Program-made: the position numbers and the translations under genes
Part shown: one piece after another, positions 31,617 through 41,620 of the stretch
Numbering within the stretch: position 1 is the first letter of the stretch
Layout of the letters: each line of letters begins with the position of its first letter
Assembly: GCA_963805855.1 (NCBI GenBank)
Contig: CAWDVW010000005.1
Coordinates: 416,001-480,000 of the forward strand
Direction: 5' to 3'
Length of the DNA: 64,000 nt
DNA from: Candidatus Dadabacteria bacterium
GTDB taxonomy: Bacteria; Desulfobacterota_D; UBA1144; Nemesobacterales; CSP1-2
The notes under the pieces: model-generated
The model's input: only the letters and a program-made list of their open reading frames with translations
Database searches by the model: none
What the model was told of the DNA's origin: nothing

Positions 31617-32013
31617 GGGATTCTCGGTTCAGGTCGCGCGTTGAATTACGCGAATGTTCGCAACCACTTTAAATTATACCGTGTGAAATCGGAAACAGTT
31701 AAACAATAATCACTCGAATGAAACTTCGCATAAACACCCCAATATCTGGTGTTATGAGAACAATTGTCACCCTTATGTTTGTAAGGGAGTATACTTAAAA
31801 ATGTTCCGTTGAGGCAAAATCTACGAGACGAAATGCAATGACAGACCGGGTGTGGGCTCCCGCTAAAGCCCGTACTCCAGTGTCACCCGATCAACGCATT
31901 CGAGTGCAGGATTGATCGGGTAATTAGGTGGAATGACACACCCAAAACGGAATAGCGCAGGGAAATTGTTGCCTGACAGCTTTTTCCTAATTCTGCATCG
32001 TACTTGAATCATG

Positions 32014-32028
32014 TGCATGAATCATGCA
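32014..32028. promoter_or_regulatory. Putative VapBC operator palindrome
   Basis: TGCATGA-A-TCATGCA directly upstream of the vapB start. Confidence 0.5.
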
Positions 32029-32039
32029 TATTAATACAT

Positions 32040-32243
32040 ATGAGAACGACCTTGAACATTGACGACAATCTTTTAAAAAGGGCGTCAGAGCTTTCAGGCA
32101 TAAGCGAAAAGACCTCTCTTGTGAAAGCCGGTCTTGAAGCATTAATCGTGATAGAGAGCGGAAAAAGGCTCGCTCGATTGGGCGGCACTGAAAAGCTAAT
32201 TCGATCTGTGCCACGAAGAAGAGAAAGAGCTAAAAGACGCTAA
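32040..32243 (+). CDS. vapB: Type II antitoxin, VapB family
   Basis: MRTTLNIDD.LL..A..LSG..EKT.LV..GL.ALI..ES..RLA.LGG. Confidence 0.88.
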   Translation: MRTTLNIDDNLLKRASELSGISEKTSLVKAGLEALIVIESGKRLARLGGTEKLIRSVPRRRERAKRR

Positions 32244-32245
32244 CG

Positions 32246-32611
32246 ATGATCCTAGTCGACACTGCTGTATGGATCGGTCATTTCAGAAAAGGTAACGCCC
32301 GTCTCAAAGAGCTACTCATCGAAGGGCACGTCGCCTGCCATCCCTTCATTATAGGCGAGCTTGCCTGTGGAGACCTTAAAAAGAGAGGTGAAATTATCTT
32401 ATTACTTCACGCGCTTCCTACGGTGAATAGTATAAGCGACGATGAAGCGCTTTATTTGATCGAAGAAAAGCGCCTAATGGGCTTGGGGATTGGAATCGTA
32501 GATGTACATTTACTCGCATCAGCAATAATATCGAATACGCCGCTATGGACAAGCGATAGCCGATTAAGAGAAGTAGCCACGAAACTTGATATACTTTATA
32601 AAACAACATGA
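32246..32611 (+). CDS. vapC: PIN-domain toxin, VapC family
   Basis: ILVDT.VWI, HPFIIGELACG, G.G.VD.HLLAS, LWT.D..L. Confidence 0.9.
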   Translation: MILVDTAVWIGHFRKGNARLKELLIEGHVACHPFIIGELACGDLKKRGEIILLLHALPTVNSISDDEALYLIEEKRLMGLGIGIVDVHLLASAIISNTPLWTSDSRLREVATKLDILYKTT

Positions 32612-32660
32612 TCCGAGAAAAACATTTACGATGTTACTCATCCTTTAGGAGAATCTCTAC

Positions 32661-33464
32661 ATGGAGTTAAAACCACTGGGGAATTCAGGAGTCACGGTTC
32701 CCGCGATTGGGCTTGGAACATGGAACTACAGAGGTGGAGTCGACCCGCTCCGAAAGGGAATCGAGCTCGGAGCCACATTAATAGATACCGCCGAGGGTTA
32801 CTACACTGAGGATGTCGTAGGCGAAGCAGTAAAGGGAATTCGAGACCAGGTTTTTATCGCAACTAAAGTTTCCGGGAGGCACCTGGATTATGACGGCGTT
32901 CTGAGAGCAGCCGAGGGCAGCCTCATCCAGTTGGGAACCGATTATATTGACCTTTATCAGATACACTGGCCTAACCCACGCTTCCCGATTAAGGGGACGA
33001 TGAGAGCAATGGAAAAGCTTGTGGACGATGGAGTTGTTAATTATATTGGTGTGAGTAATTTTACACTCGAGGAGATAGAAGAGGCTCAGGCGTATATGAG
33101 ACATCATTCAATTGTTTCAAATCAGGTTTTGTATAATCTGAACAGCAGGGAAATTGAGCATGATCTATTACCATACTGCCAAAAGCAACGAATAACCATT
33201 CTAGCCTATACACCCCTGGACAATGGGAATTTGGCGAAAGGCTCAAGCCTTTTTAAGAGAAACAGATTGAAGGTATTAGAACAAATAGCATCAGAGACAA
33301 ATAAGACCAAGCCGCAAGTTGCTTTAAACTGGTGCATTTCGAAACCATATGTTATCGCAATACCAAAATCCGACAGCGTAAAGAGAACAATTGAGAACTG
33401 CGGTGCGTCGGGCTGGAGGCTCTCTCCGGAGCAAATAGATAGACTAAACGAAGCATTTTCATAA
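32661..33464 (+). CDS. Aldo/keto reductase
   Basis: IGLGTW, IDTAEGY, FIATKV, DLYQIHWP, IGVSNF, AIPKS. Confidence 0.92.
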   Translation: MELKPLGNSGVTVPAIGLGTWNYRGGVDPLRKGIELGATLIDTAEGYYTEDVVGEAVKGIRDQVFIATKVSGRHLDYDGVLRAAEGSLIQLGTDYIDLYQIHWPNPRFPIKGTMRAMEKLVDDGVVNYIGVSNFTLEEIEEAQAYMRHHSIVSNQVLYNLNSREIEHDLLPYCQKQRITILAYTPLDNGNLAKGSSLFKRNRLKVLEQIASETNKTKPQVALNWCISKPYVIAIPKSDSVKRTIENCGASGWRLSPEQIDRLNEAFS

Positions 33465-33466
33465 CC

Positions 33467-34450
33467 ATGCCATCCATCAAAGAGACAAGGAATCAAATGA
33501 TCCAGCTGGTATTCCCTGAGCATGCAAACACCGTAGGCACGCTTCATGGCGGAAGAGTTATGGACTGGATCATGCTAGCGGCAAGCATAACCTCATCCAG
33601 GATAGCAAAAGGTATAACAATCCTCGGAACAACCGACAGCATAGATTTTATTAATCCTATAAAGGTAGGTGAAATCACCATTCTAGATAGCTGGGTTGAG
33701 TACATAGGTAATAGTTCGCTAGAACTCGGAGTTAGGGTACACTCGGAAAACCCGGAAACAGGTGAGAAGAAATTAACGACAACCTCGCATTTAGCATTTA
33801 TAGCAGTTGATGAACAGGGAAATCCAAGAAGCGTAAAGGAAAAGATAACGCCGGCTGATGAAGTTGAGGAATCAATCTATCTCGAGGCCAAGAATAGAAA
33901 AGATGCCAGAATGCCCGAGTTGGCAAACAGAAACGAAATGGCGGAGAACCTTGTCGACGAAACAGAGGTGACCAGATTTAATCTGGAGACCATAAGGGCC
34001 GTTCTGCCAGACGACACATTCTACGGCAATTTTATGTCAGTCGGGAAACTCATGTTGGATATCGATGAGACTGCCGCAATACTTGCCGGACGATATGTTA
34101 AAGGATTAATAGTCACAGGTTCTCTCGACAATCTCTATTTCTACTCGCCAATAATCGTGGGAGATGTCATTATCCTCAAGGCAGGAATCAACTACGTTGG
34201 TAACACATCTTTGGAGGTCGGAATAAAAGTTCTTACTGAGGATCTGACCACAGGTGATCAGAAGCATACATGCACCGCCTTTCTCAGCTTCGTTCATATT
34301 GGTGATAACGGAAAACCAATACCCATCCCCGGTTTCAAGCCTGAGACACCTTATGAAATTAGGCTCTGGAAAGAGGCCGAAATCAGGAAGAAGAGGCGGG
34401 TTGAGAGGGTTAGAGAGATTAAAGAATCAGTTGGCAAGTTTTTACCCTAG
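33467..34450 (+). CDS. Double-hotdog acyl-CoA thioesterase
   Basis: VFPEHAN..GTLHGG, VLP.D...GN...G, GN(S/T)SLE.G repeated twice. Confidence 0.88.
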   Translation: MPSIKETRNQMIQLVFPEHANTVGTLHGGRVMDWIMLAASITSSRIAKGITILGTTDSIDFINPIKVGEITILDSWVEYIGNSSLELGVRVHSENPETGEKKLTTTSHLAFIAVDEQGNPRSVKEKITPADEVEESIYLEAKNRKDARMPELANRNEMAENLVDETEVTRFNLETIRAVLPDDTFYGNFMSVGKLMLDIDETAAILAGRYVKGLIVTGSLDNLYFYSPIIVGDVIILKAGINYVGNTSLEVGIKVLTEDLTTGDQKHTCTAFLSFVHIGDNGKPIPIPGFKPETPYEIRLWKEAEIRKKRRVERVREIKESVGKFLP

Positions 34451-34465
34451 TATTGGGATTGGACT

Positions 34466-34576
34466 ACCCCCACCTTAATCCTCCCCCTTCATCTATAGGG
34501 GGAGGAGACAATTTCCCCCCCCTTTTTGAGGCGAAGCGTAGAATCTCTTGCCCCTTGAGGGAAGAACTAGATGGCG
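34466..34576. repeat. Orphan doublet of the DUF559-associated hairpin repeat
   Basis: ACCCCCACCTTAATCCTCCCCC..GGGGGAGG (34466-34505) and degenerate opposite copy TCTTGCCCCTTGAGGGAAGAACTAGATGG. Confidence 0.6.
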
Positions 34577-34661
34577 TTGATTTTTTGGTTTCTAGGTATA
34601 CCATGTAAGTAAATTTACCGAAAAGATGTAAAAACAAGTTAAATAAATCTCATTCAAAACA

Positions 34662-34723
34662 GTAAACCCCGTTCACAGAATACGTAAACCGAGTTGACGC
34701 TAAAAGTTCAACTATGCTATAAT
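34662..34723 (+). promoter_or_regulatory. Sigma70-like promoter overlapped by tandem GTAAAC-N3-GTTNAC boxes
   Basis: Boxes at 34662-34676 and 34684-34698; -35 TTGACG 34694-34699; extended -10 TGcTATAAT 34715-34723. Confidence 0.6.
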
Positions 34724-34736
34724 TTTAACCATTACC

Positions 34737-36287
34737 ATGAGCCCAGGAAATAAGGACTCAGAATCCAGTTTCGTCAAAGAACACAACTCCCTCTTTAACC
34801 TCTCTCGTATGATTAATGCAGAAAGAGACCTAAACGTCCTTCTCGATTTTCTGGTGAAGGAGTCGTCAAGGATTGTAAACGCAGACAGGACAACGCTATT
34901 TCTTTATGACGAAAATACAGACCAGCTCTGGTCACACCTCGCAATGGGAACGTCTGAAATAATCAGATTTGACGCGAAGCTTGGGATAGCAGGCGAATCA
35001 CTTAAGAGTGGGAAAATCATAAACGTGAAAGATGCTTATTCGTACCCAAAATTTAACCCGGAAATAGACAAAAGGACTGGCTACAAAACAAAATCGATTC
35101 TATGCGTGCCATTGAAAGATTTAAAAGGAAAAACAATAGGAGTCTTGCAAACCCTCAATAAAAATGACGGATCGTTTACAAAGCAGGACGAAGAAACTTT
35201 GGAAATCTTTGCCTCAAATGCGGCCGTCGCAATCGAAAATGCACAGTTGATAAAGGAGCTCGAAGAAGCAAAATCTCGCATCCAGCGTGAAAACGTGGTT
35301 TTAAGAGATAAGGTAAAGGGCAAGTTCTTCACAAGCAAGATAATCGGAACGAGCAAGAGGATACAGGACGTGGTAAATCTTATAGAAAAGATTGCGGACA
35401 CTCCAATCAATATTCTGATCACAGGAGAGAGCGGCACCGGGAAGGAATTGGCTGCGCGCATGATCCACTTCAACAGCTCAAGGTCAAATAAACCCTTTGT
35501 GGACATTAACTGTGCCGCTCTTCCGGAGAGCTTACTGGAGAGCGAGCTCTTCGGTATAGAAAAAGGGGTTGCCACAGGTGTTGAAAGAAGAGAAGGAAAA
35601 TTCGAGATGGCAAATGGCGGCAGCCTCTTTCTCGACGAGATCGGAGATATGAGTCTTCCCGCTCAGGCTAGGCTTCTCCGTGTGATACAGGAACAGAGGG
35701 TAAGAAGGGTCGGTGGAAAACAAGATATATCGGTTGATGTGAGGATAATCGCGGCAACAAATAAAGATCTGATCAGTGAAATTAACAAAGACCTATTCAG
35801 AGAAGATTTATATTACCGACTAAATGTTGTTCACATCCGTATGCCGTCACTAAGAGAGATAAGAGAAGATATCCCTATACTCGCTAAACATTTCTTAAAT
35901 ATTTTTACAAGCGAACTGGGACATCGACAGATGCATTTCTCTCAAGAGGCTATGGATTGTATTACGAACTACAGCTGGCCTGGCAATGTAAGAGAGCTGG
36001 AAAACGAAATCAAAAGGGCCGTCATCCTGACAGAAAGCGATGCTATAGAAAAGACAGATCTTTCAGAACAAATCCAACGTGAGATGCAAGTAATGGGTTC
36101 TACACTTGTGAGGTCGTATGCAAGCGGAGATAGCCGATCTCTTAAAGAAACTGTCGAAGAAATTGAGATAGAAATGATAAAAGGCGCCCTGGAAAAAACA
36201 CGAGGAAACAAGCAGAAGGCATCAGAAATTCTTGGAATAACAAGGCAGGGATTGATAAAGAAGATAAAGAGATACGAGTTACTATGA
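34737..36287 (+). CDS. Sigma54-dependent activator (GAF-AAA+-Fis HTH)
   Basis: GAF domain; GESGTGKE, ESELFG, GVATGV loop, LFLDEIG, FREDLYYRL, WPGNVREL; C-terminal HTH. Confidence 0.93.
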   Translation: MSPGNKDSESSFVKEHNSLFNLSRMINAERDLNVLLDFLVKESSRIVNADRTTLFLYDENTDQLWSHLAMGTSEIIRFDAKLGIAGESLKSGKIINVKDAYSYPKFNPEIDKRTGYKTKSILCVPLKDLKGKTIGVLQTLNKNDGSFTKQDEETLEIFASNAAVAIENAQLIKELEEAKSRIQRENVVLRDKVKGKFFTSKIIGTSKRIQDVVNLIEKIADTPINILITGESGTGKELAARMIHFNSSRSNKPFVDINCAALPESLLESELFGIEKGVATGVERREGKFEMANGGSLFLDEIGDMSLPAQARLLRVIQEQRVRRVGGKQDISVDVRIIAATNKDLISEINKDLFREDLYYRLNVVHIRMPSLREIREDIPILAKHFLNIFTSELGHRQMHFSQEAMDCITNYSWPGNVRELENEIKRAVILTESDAIEKTDLSEQIQREMQVMGSTLVRSYASGDSRSLKETVEEIEIEMIKGALEKTRGNKQKASEILGITRQGLIKKIKRYELL

Positions 36288-36465
36288 TCTAACTTTACAA
36301 TTTCAAAACAGAAAAACCCTACTCAACATCAATCAAAAGGGTTAGATTCTCGTACTAAACCGATTCCTTCATTTCTTAATACCTATTGATATTGGGAACA
36401 GAAAGACCCCATTACCTTACAAATCCTGCTATAATCATAAGTTGATATAATATGACGGGTGATTT

Positions 36466-37935
36466 ATGAGTACAACACACGATACCGTAACAGTTAACGA
36501 TATGCATTCAGAAGAGGAAACCTTAAGGGAAAAATTAAACCGGATGCATCTCTTCGCCGAGCTTTCAGCGGAACATATTAACAGCTTGGTCGCTAAATCT
36601 AAAGAGCAACATTTTTCACCAGGGACTGTTGTTTGCCGAGAGGGAGAATACGGCGACACGTTTTTTGCTATTCTTGAGGGTTCCGTAGAGATCACTATCA
36701 AAACCGCTGGGTACGACAGTTTGACTCTCGCCAACCTTGAAGAGGGTGACGTTTTCGGGGAAATGGCTGCATTATCAGGTTATCCAAGGAGTGCCACAGT
36801 TTCTGCCAAGGACGACTTACGCCTGCTAGAGATACCCTCAGAGGTTCTCAAGGAATTAATGAAGATTTCTCCTAAGTTCAGGGAAATAATCGAAGAAAAA
36901 TATACCGCACGAGCGGTTCGTACATATCTGAGAAAGGTACCGCTCTTTGGAAATTTGAGCGACACCATGCTCGAGGAACTGGAAGGTAAGGTCAAATTAA
37001 AATCATTCAATCAGTCGGATGTTATATTCAGGGAAGGCGATCCCGGTGATTCTCTATATATAATACGGAATGGATTCGTCAAGATAACAAAGCAAAGTGG
37101 GGATAAAGACCAGATAATCGCTTATCTTGCGCAGGGAAGCTACTTCGGGGAGATGGCACTTCTTGAAGATGAAAAACGAAGCGCAACGGTATCAGCCTTC
37201 ACAAAGGTTGAGACAATCCAGGTGGTAAAGGACGATTTTAACACACTGCTACTTACAGATCCAAAATTGGCTGAAGAGGTGAACGACATCATTATGGAGC
37301 GAAAGCTCAAGACCCTCGAGGTCCAGAGGGATCCGGCAAAGGCCGAGAGGCTTGAAACGCTGGTGGAGAAGGGAATTATACAGAGTGAGAGTCTTCTAAT
37401 CATTGACTTAGCAACCTGTATTCACTGTAACAATTGTGTTGAGGCCTGTGAGGACCGACATGGATATCCGCGCCTTGACAGGAGGGGAACACGGTTCGCC
37501 GAAATATCTGTTCCCGTTGCGTGTCGTCTTTGCCAAGACCCGGTTTGCCTTATCTGCAATTTCGATGCTATAAAAAGGGCGCCAACAGGCGAGATCTATG
37601 TGATAAATGATAAATGCATAGGGTGTGCGGGATGCGCAATTAGATGCCCATATAATGTTATCCAGATGGTCTCAACCAAGAAAGAGAGTAAATCTGGAGT
37701 GTTTGACATTATTGGAACCTTCTTTGGCAGGGACGAAAGACCGGCTGCGGAAGATGAGGAGGAGCGCAAACCTAAGCCGAAACGTATTGCGATTAAATGT
37801 GACAATTGTATGGGTTATAGCGATACCGCATGCACTAATAACTGCCCAACAAATGCCATTCGGTGGGTGAACCCCCTTGAATACTTTAGAGATCTTGAGG
37901 ATGTATTAACAAAACGGGGCAAATATCAATATTAA
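36466..37935 (+). CDS. Tandem cNMP-binding domains fused to a 4x[4Fe-4S] (DmsB/NrfC-type) ferredoxin
   Basis: Two FGEMA....RSATV cassettes; CIHCNNCVEAC, CRLCQDPVCLIC, CIGCAGCAIRCP, KCDNC....CTNNCP. Confidence 0.88.
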   Translation: MSTTHDTVTVNDMHSEEETLREKLNRMHLFAELSAEHINSLVAKSKEQHFSPGTVVCREGEYGDTFFAILEGSVEITIKTAGYDSLTLANLEEGDVFGEMAALSGYPRSATVSAKDDLRLLEIPSEVLKELMKISPKFREIIEEKYTARAVRTYLRKVPLFGNLSDTMLEELEGKVKLKSFNQSDVIFREGDPGDSLYIIRNGFVKITKQSGDKDQIIAYLAQGSYFGEMALLEDEKRSATVSAFTKVETIQVVKDDFNTLLLTDPKLAEEVNDIIMERKLKTLEVQRDPAKAERLETLVEKGIIQSESLLIIDLATCIHCNNCVEACEDRHGYPRLDRRGTRFAEISVPVACRLCQDPVCLICNFDAIKRAPTGEIYVINDKCIGCAGCAIRCPYNVIQMVSTKKESKSGVFDIIGTFFGRDERPAAEDEEERKPKPKRIAIKCDNCMGYSDTACTNNCPTNAIRWVNPLEYFRDLEDVLTKRGKYQY

Positions 37936-37948
37936 ACATTTCAGGAAC

Positions 37949-38230
37949 TCAACAAAATATGTTCTTTTCTTCCTGATAAGTACGCATAACTTCCCGCAAG
38001 TCCTCGGGATCGAGTTGCTCAGATAGTCGCGTAGAGCCAACCAAGTCACAAAACATTACGGTCACCTGACGCCGTTCGGGTTCACGAGCTAAACGGTCAG
38101 TGACTCTAGTTTCGGAAGACAAGTCCAATGATCGTGGGGCAGTTGTGTCTCCTTTGACCAATCTTGTTCCACACTTCATGCAAAATAATGCTTCCTTAGG
38201 GTTGTCATACTCACAGTTTGGACATGGCAT
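37949..38230 (-). pseudogene. Truncated zinc-ribbon + cyclase N-terminal fragment
   Basis: CPNC..NP..A.FC.KCG, ERRQVTVMFCDLVGST; ends after 93 aa; shares 109 bp with the neighbouring gene. Confidence 0.8.
37971..38079. repeat. 109-bp direct repeat (partner 41322-41430), 2 mismatches
   Basis: Manual alignment, 107/109 identical. Confidence 0.9.
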
Positions 38231-38266
38231 TTTAATTGCCTCTCTGAACTATTGAGATACGAGAAC

Positions 38267-41200
38267 CTATGACAATTCATCAAGAACTAGCTTCGCTTCC
38301 TTTAGATCTCTGGTGTTGAATCCTTCTTCAAACCAACTATAAATATTCAAAAGGATCTTCTTACCTTCTTCTGCTCTATCCGTGTTTTTCAGCCACCGTC
38401 CAAGGCTGGTCGCTGCTCGTAGTTCGAAAGACTTGGCTCCCTGTTCTTTAGCCAAAGTCAGTGATTTGAGCAGACATTCTTCAAAATTTTCGCGATCCTT
38501 TTTGGGAAGACCCTTAATTGAGCCCTTGGCGGTCATCTTAAGTAAGAGTAATTCGCCCTTTAGTCTCAATAGCTCGGGATCATAATTATGTTCGTTTTTT
38601 GATCTGGCGACTTCTAAAAGCTCTTCTACGAGTTTAAGACCCTGTTCAGGCATATTGGCTAAAATGTACAGTTCTGCAAGCATACTCATATAACCGGGGT
38701 CCTTATACCCCAATTTCTCCATCGAATCAGCAATAACAGAAATCCCTGCCCCGATTTCACCATTTTGCCCTAGTATCCAGCCCTTAAAGATTGATGCCCA
38801 TAACACATGAACCGGTAATTTTTTTAAGTTTGCATGTTCTATGATTAGATCAGCCTGCTTTTCAGTTTGTTCAATATCCCCTCTTTGCTTATGAATGAAT
38901 GCCGTAGCCATATGTGCGGTAATCAAACTGAAGTTATGAGATTGTGCCAACTTTATGGCTTCATATCCCGCCTTAATAGCCCTATCGGGATAACCCATTG
39001 TCCAACTGATTAAACACAAAGCCCTGTGGCAACACATGCCCGGGTCGTGCCCTCCATAATTGAAACAATGTGTTTCATGCATCTCCGGACTGTATAGCTT
39101 CCGTCCTTCTTCCAGGTGCTCATATGAGCGTTTATAATCGGGGATCAACATCAATGTGGTCCAAAGGGCATGGTGGGCCTGCAAAAGCAGCTCTTTGTCA
39201 TCTTCTTTCTTGGCGATCCTATAGAGCTTCTCACCGAGCTGAATTTCTACCTCTGTGTCTTGCGAGAAATGATAGCCTAGCCATACACCCCATAAAACGG
39301 GGAAAACGTCGGGTGAATCTCCGATCTGCTCACTTAGTGGCCATGCCCTGTCATAAATCTCCTTAGTTTGTTTAGACCCGTATCCAGTAGTTGCAAAGGA
39401 TGCTATTCCTAGATTCTTTAGTAACTTGAGCTCCCGATCTGAATTTTTTTCAGAAGCTGGCAATGAATCATACCAATCTAGGGCCTTACATAGGAATTCA
39501 TAGGCTTCTTTAAATGCGCCACTTCGAAGGGCTGTCTCACCAGCCAGTTGGAGATAATTAATGGTTTTGATAGCAGCTTCTCTATAGTCCATATTTTCTC
39601 CAGCCGCCAGAGCCCAGTGGTATGCTAAGATTGGGTAATAGGCCATTAAATCATTCTTATATTTTTTCTCATAAGCCATTGCAGCTCTATGATGATATTG
39701 CCTACGCTTGCTCTTAAGCAATGACTCATAAGCCGCGTCACATATTAGGGCATGTTTAAAGATGTATGTTGATTCAGGAGGAATGCCTTGTTGATAAAGT
39801 ATTTCCACATCGACTAACTGAGACAAAGAATCCCTTAACGTGTCATCATCCATGGATGATACTTCAGACAGCATCTCATAAGAAAATTCACGACCAAGCG
39901 TTGACGATAATTGTGCCACTTCCCTCACTGGTGCAAGGCGATCCAGCCTCGCCATTAGAGAGTCTTGTATAGATGAAGGTATTGCCAATGATGGTATTGA
40001 TCCTGTCACCTCATAATTCTCATCATGCTCTTTCAGAAAATCGGATTCCAACACCATCTTTGTCAATTCTTCCACGAAAAGTGGTACACCATCAGTTTTG
40101 GCAACCAACTGCTGAATGACTTCCCGCGGAAGCGACTTTCCCCCTGCTACACTCTTAGCCATAAGCTCAATATCCTTTGCAGATAGTCGAGTTAAATTTA
40201 TCTCTGTGATATTTTCTGAACTGTCCCAAGAATGGGTAAAATCCGGACGGAATGTCAAAAGAGTTAAAATTCGTGACTTAGAAATATCATCAAAGATGAG
40301 ACTCAACAACTCAAGTGTTGAAGGATCCACCCAATGCATGTCCTCCAATATGAATAAAACAGGAGAATTCTCCATCGCATTCCTTAGCCATTTAAGTAAG
40401 GCTTTCTGTGTCTTTTGCTTTTGAATCTGTGGAGATAAGTTAAGAGGCTGAATATCATTGTTAACCGGGATTGTAAGCAAAGAAGCAAAAAGTTGTAACG
40501 ATTCGTTTGTTGAAAAACCCATTTTCGCTTGACCTCTTTTAAGCTTCTCTAATTTTTTCTCAGGGGAATCTGCCTTACTTATCTCCAGAAATCGCTCTAG
40601 ATAATCAATCACAGGATATAGAAAACTATTCTGAAAATACGGTAAGCATCGGGCACTTATTATATGATGTGGCTCGTCAACTAAGCGGCCTTTTAAGACT
40701 TCTACAAGACGTGATTTGCCAATTCCAGCCTCTCCACTCAGGAGAACAAATTGTCCAAGACCTTCTTTAGCCTTCTCCCATGAAGCAAGCATAAGTTCAA
40801 TTTCCTTTTTCCTCCCCACAAGAGAAGTCAATCCTTTGGTGGTAGCTACTTCTAGGTGACTTTTTAAACCACTCTCTCCCACTACCTTATATGCTTCCAT
40901 AGGCTGGGATATGCCTTTTAGAGTGTGCTGACCCGTGGATTCACACTCAAAATAACCCTCGATAAGCCGATAAGTAGCTTTACTAATTACTACCGTGTCA
41001 GTCTCGGCAAGCCCCTGTAGGCGAGCCGCTATATTTGGTGTATCACCCACTATCGCCATCTGCTCACGCACCTCTCCCGCACCCATTTCCCCTGCTATTA
41101 CCAGCCCAGTGTGAATCCCTATTCGCACTTGTAGAGGCTGTTCTAATTGCTTTTTCTGGAGGGGAAGATCCCGCACCGACTGAACAACTTCTAGACCTGC

Positions 41201-41620
41201 ATGAACGGCCCTTCGGGCATCATCCTCATGTGCCTTCGGATATCCAAAGTAAACAAGGATGCCGTCACCTAGATACTTTGCTATATGTCCATCAAATCCT
41301 TTTATTACCTTTGCGCAAACCTCCTGATAAGCACGCATAACTTCCCGCAAGTCCTCGGGATCGAGTTGCTCAGAAAGTCGCGTAGAGCCAACCAAGTCAC
41401 AAAACATTACGGTCACCTGACGCCGTTCGGCATCTTGTTTTCGCTTATATATAGCTTCGTGTACTTCCTCTGAAAGAGTAGTCCCGCACTCTCCGCAGAA
41501 CTTCGATCCCGAGGGATTCTCAAAATTGCAATTAGGGCATAGTCGCCCGAGTGGACTACCACACTCATTACAAAACTTCATTCCATCCGGATTTTTAAAA
41601 CCGCATTTTGAGCAGGCCAT
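38267..41620 (-). CDS. Double zinc ribbon-class III cyclase-STAND ATPase-TPR protein
   Basis: Four CxxC; FCDLVGST, AKYLGDG, GDTPNIAARL; GEAGIGKS; EDMHW; helical C-terminus ending ELRAATSL..GFNT.DL. Confidence 0.9.
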   Translation of the reverse strand: MACSKCGFKNPDGMKFCNECGSPLGRLCPNCNFENPSGSKFCGECGTTLSEEVHEAIYKRKQDAERRQVTVMFCDLVGSTRLSEQLDPEDLREVMRAYQEVCAKVIKGFDGHIAKYLGDGILVYFGYPKAHEDDARRAVHAGLEVVQSVRDLPLQKKQLEQPLQVRIGIHTGLVIAGEMGAGEVREQMAIVGDTPNIAARLQGLAETDTVVISKATYRLIEGYFECESTGQHTLKGISQPMEAYKVVGESGLKSHLEVATTKGLTSLVGRKKEIELMLASWEKAKEGLGQFVLLSGEAGIGKSRLVEVLKGRLVDEPHHIISARCLPYFQNSFLYPVIDYLERFLEISKADSPEKKLEKLKRGQAKMGFSTNESLQLFASLLTIPVNNDIQPLNLSPQIQKQKTQKALLKWLRNAMENSPVLFILEDMHWVDPSTLELLSLIFDDISKSRILTLLTFRPDFTHSWDSSENITEINLTRLSAKDIELMAKSVAGGKSLPREVIQQLVAKTDGVPLFVEELTKMVLESDFLKEHDENYEVTGSIPSLAIPSSIQDSLMARLDRLAPVREVAQLSSTLGREFSYEMLSEVSSMDDDTLRDSLSQLVDVEILYQQGIPPESTYIFKHALICDAAYESLLKSKRRQYHHRAAMAYEKKYKNDLMAYYPILAYHWALAAGENMDYREAAIKTINYLQLAGETALRSGAFKEAYEFLCKALDWYDSLPASEKNSDRELKLLKNLGIASFATTGYGSKQTKEIYDRAWPLSEQIGDSPDVFPVLWGVWLGYHFSQDTEVEIQLGEKLYRIAKKEDDKELLLQAHHALWTTLMLIPDYKRSYEHLEEGRKLYSPEMHETHCFNYGGHDPGMCCHRALCLISWTMGYPDRAIKAGYEAIKLAQSHNFSLITAHMATAFIHKQRGDIEQTEKQADLIIEHANLKKLPVHVLWASIFKGWILGQNGEIGAGISVIADSMEKLGYKDPGYMSMLAELYILANMPEQGLKLVEELLEVARSKNEHNYDPELLRLKGELLLLKMTAKGSIKGLPKKDRENFEECLLKSLTLAKEQGAKSFELRAATSLGRWLKNTDRAEEGKKILLNIYSWFEEGFNTRDLKEAKLVLDELS

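Noticed and set aside
37971-41430. Diversity-generating retroelement TR/VR pair (both mismatches are A on the coding strand of the fragment)
   Set aside because: Only two mismatches, located in a conserved catalytic region, and no reverse transcriptase in the window
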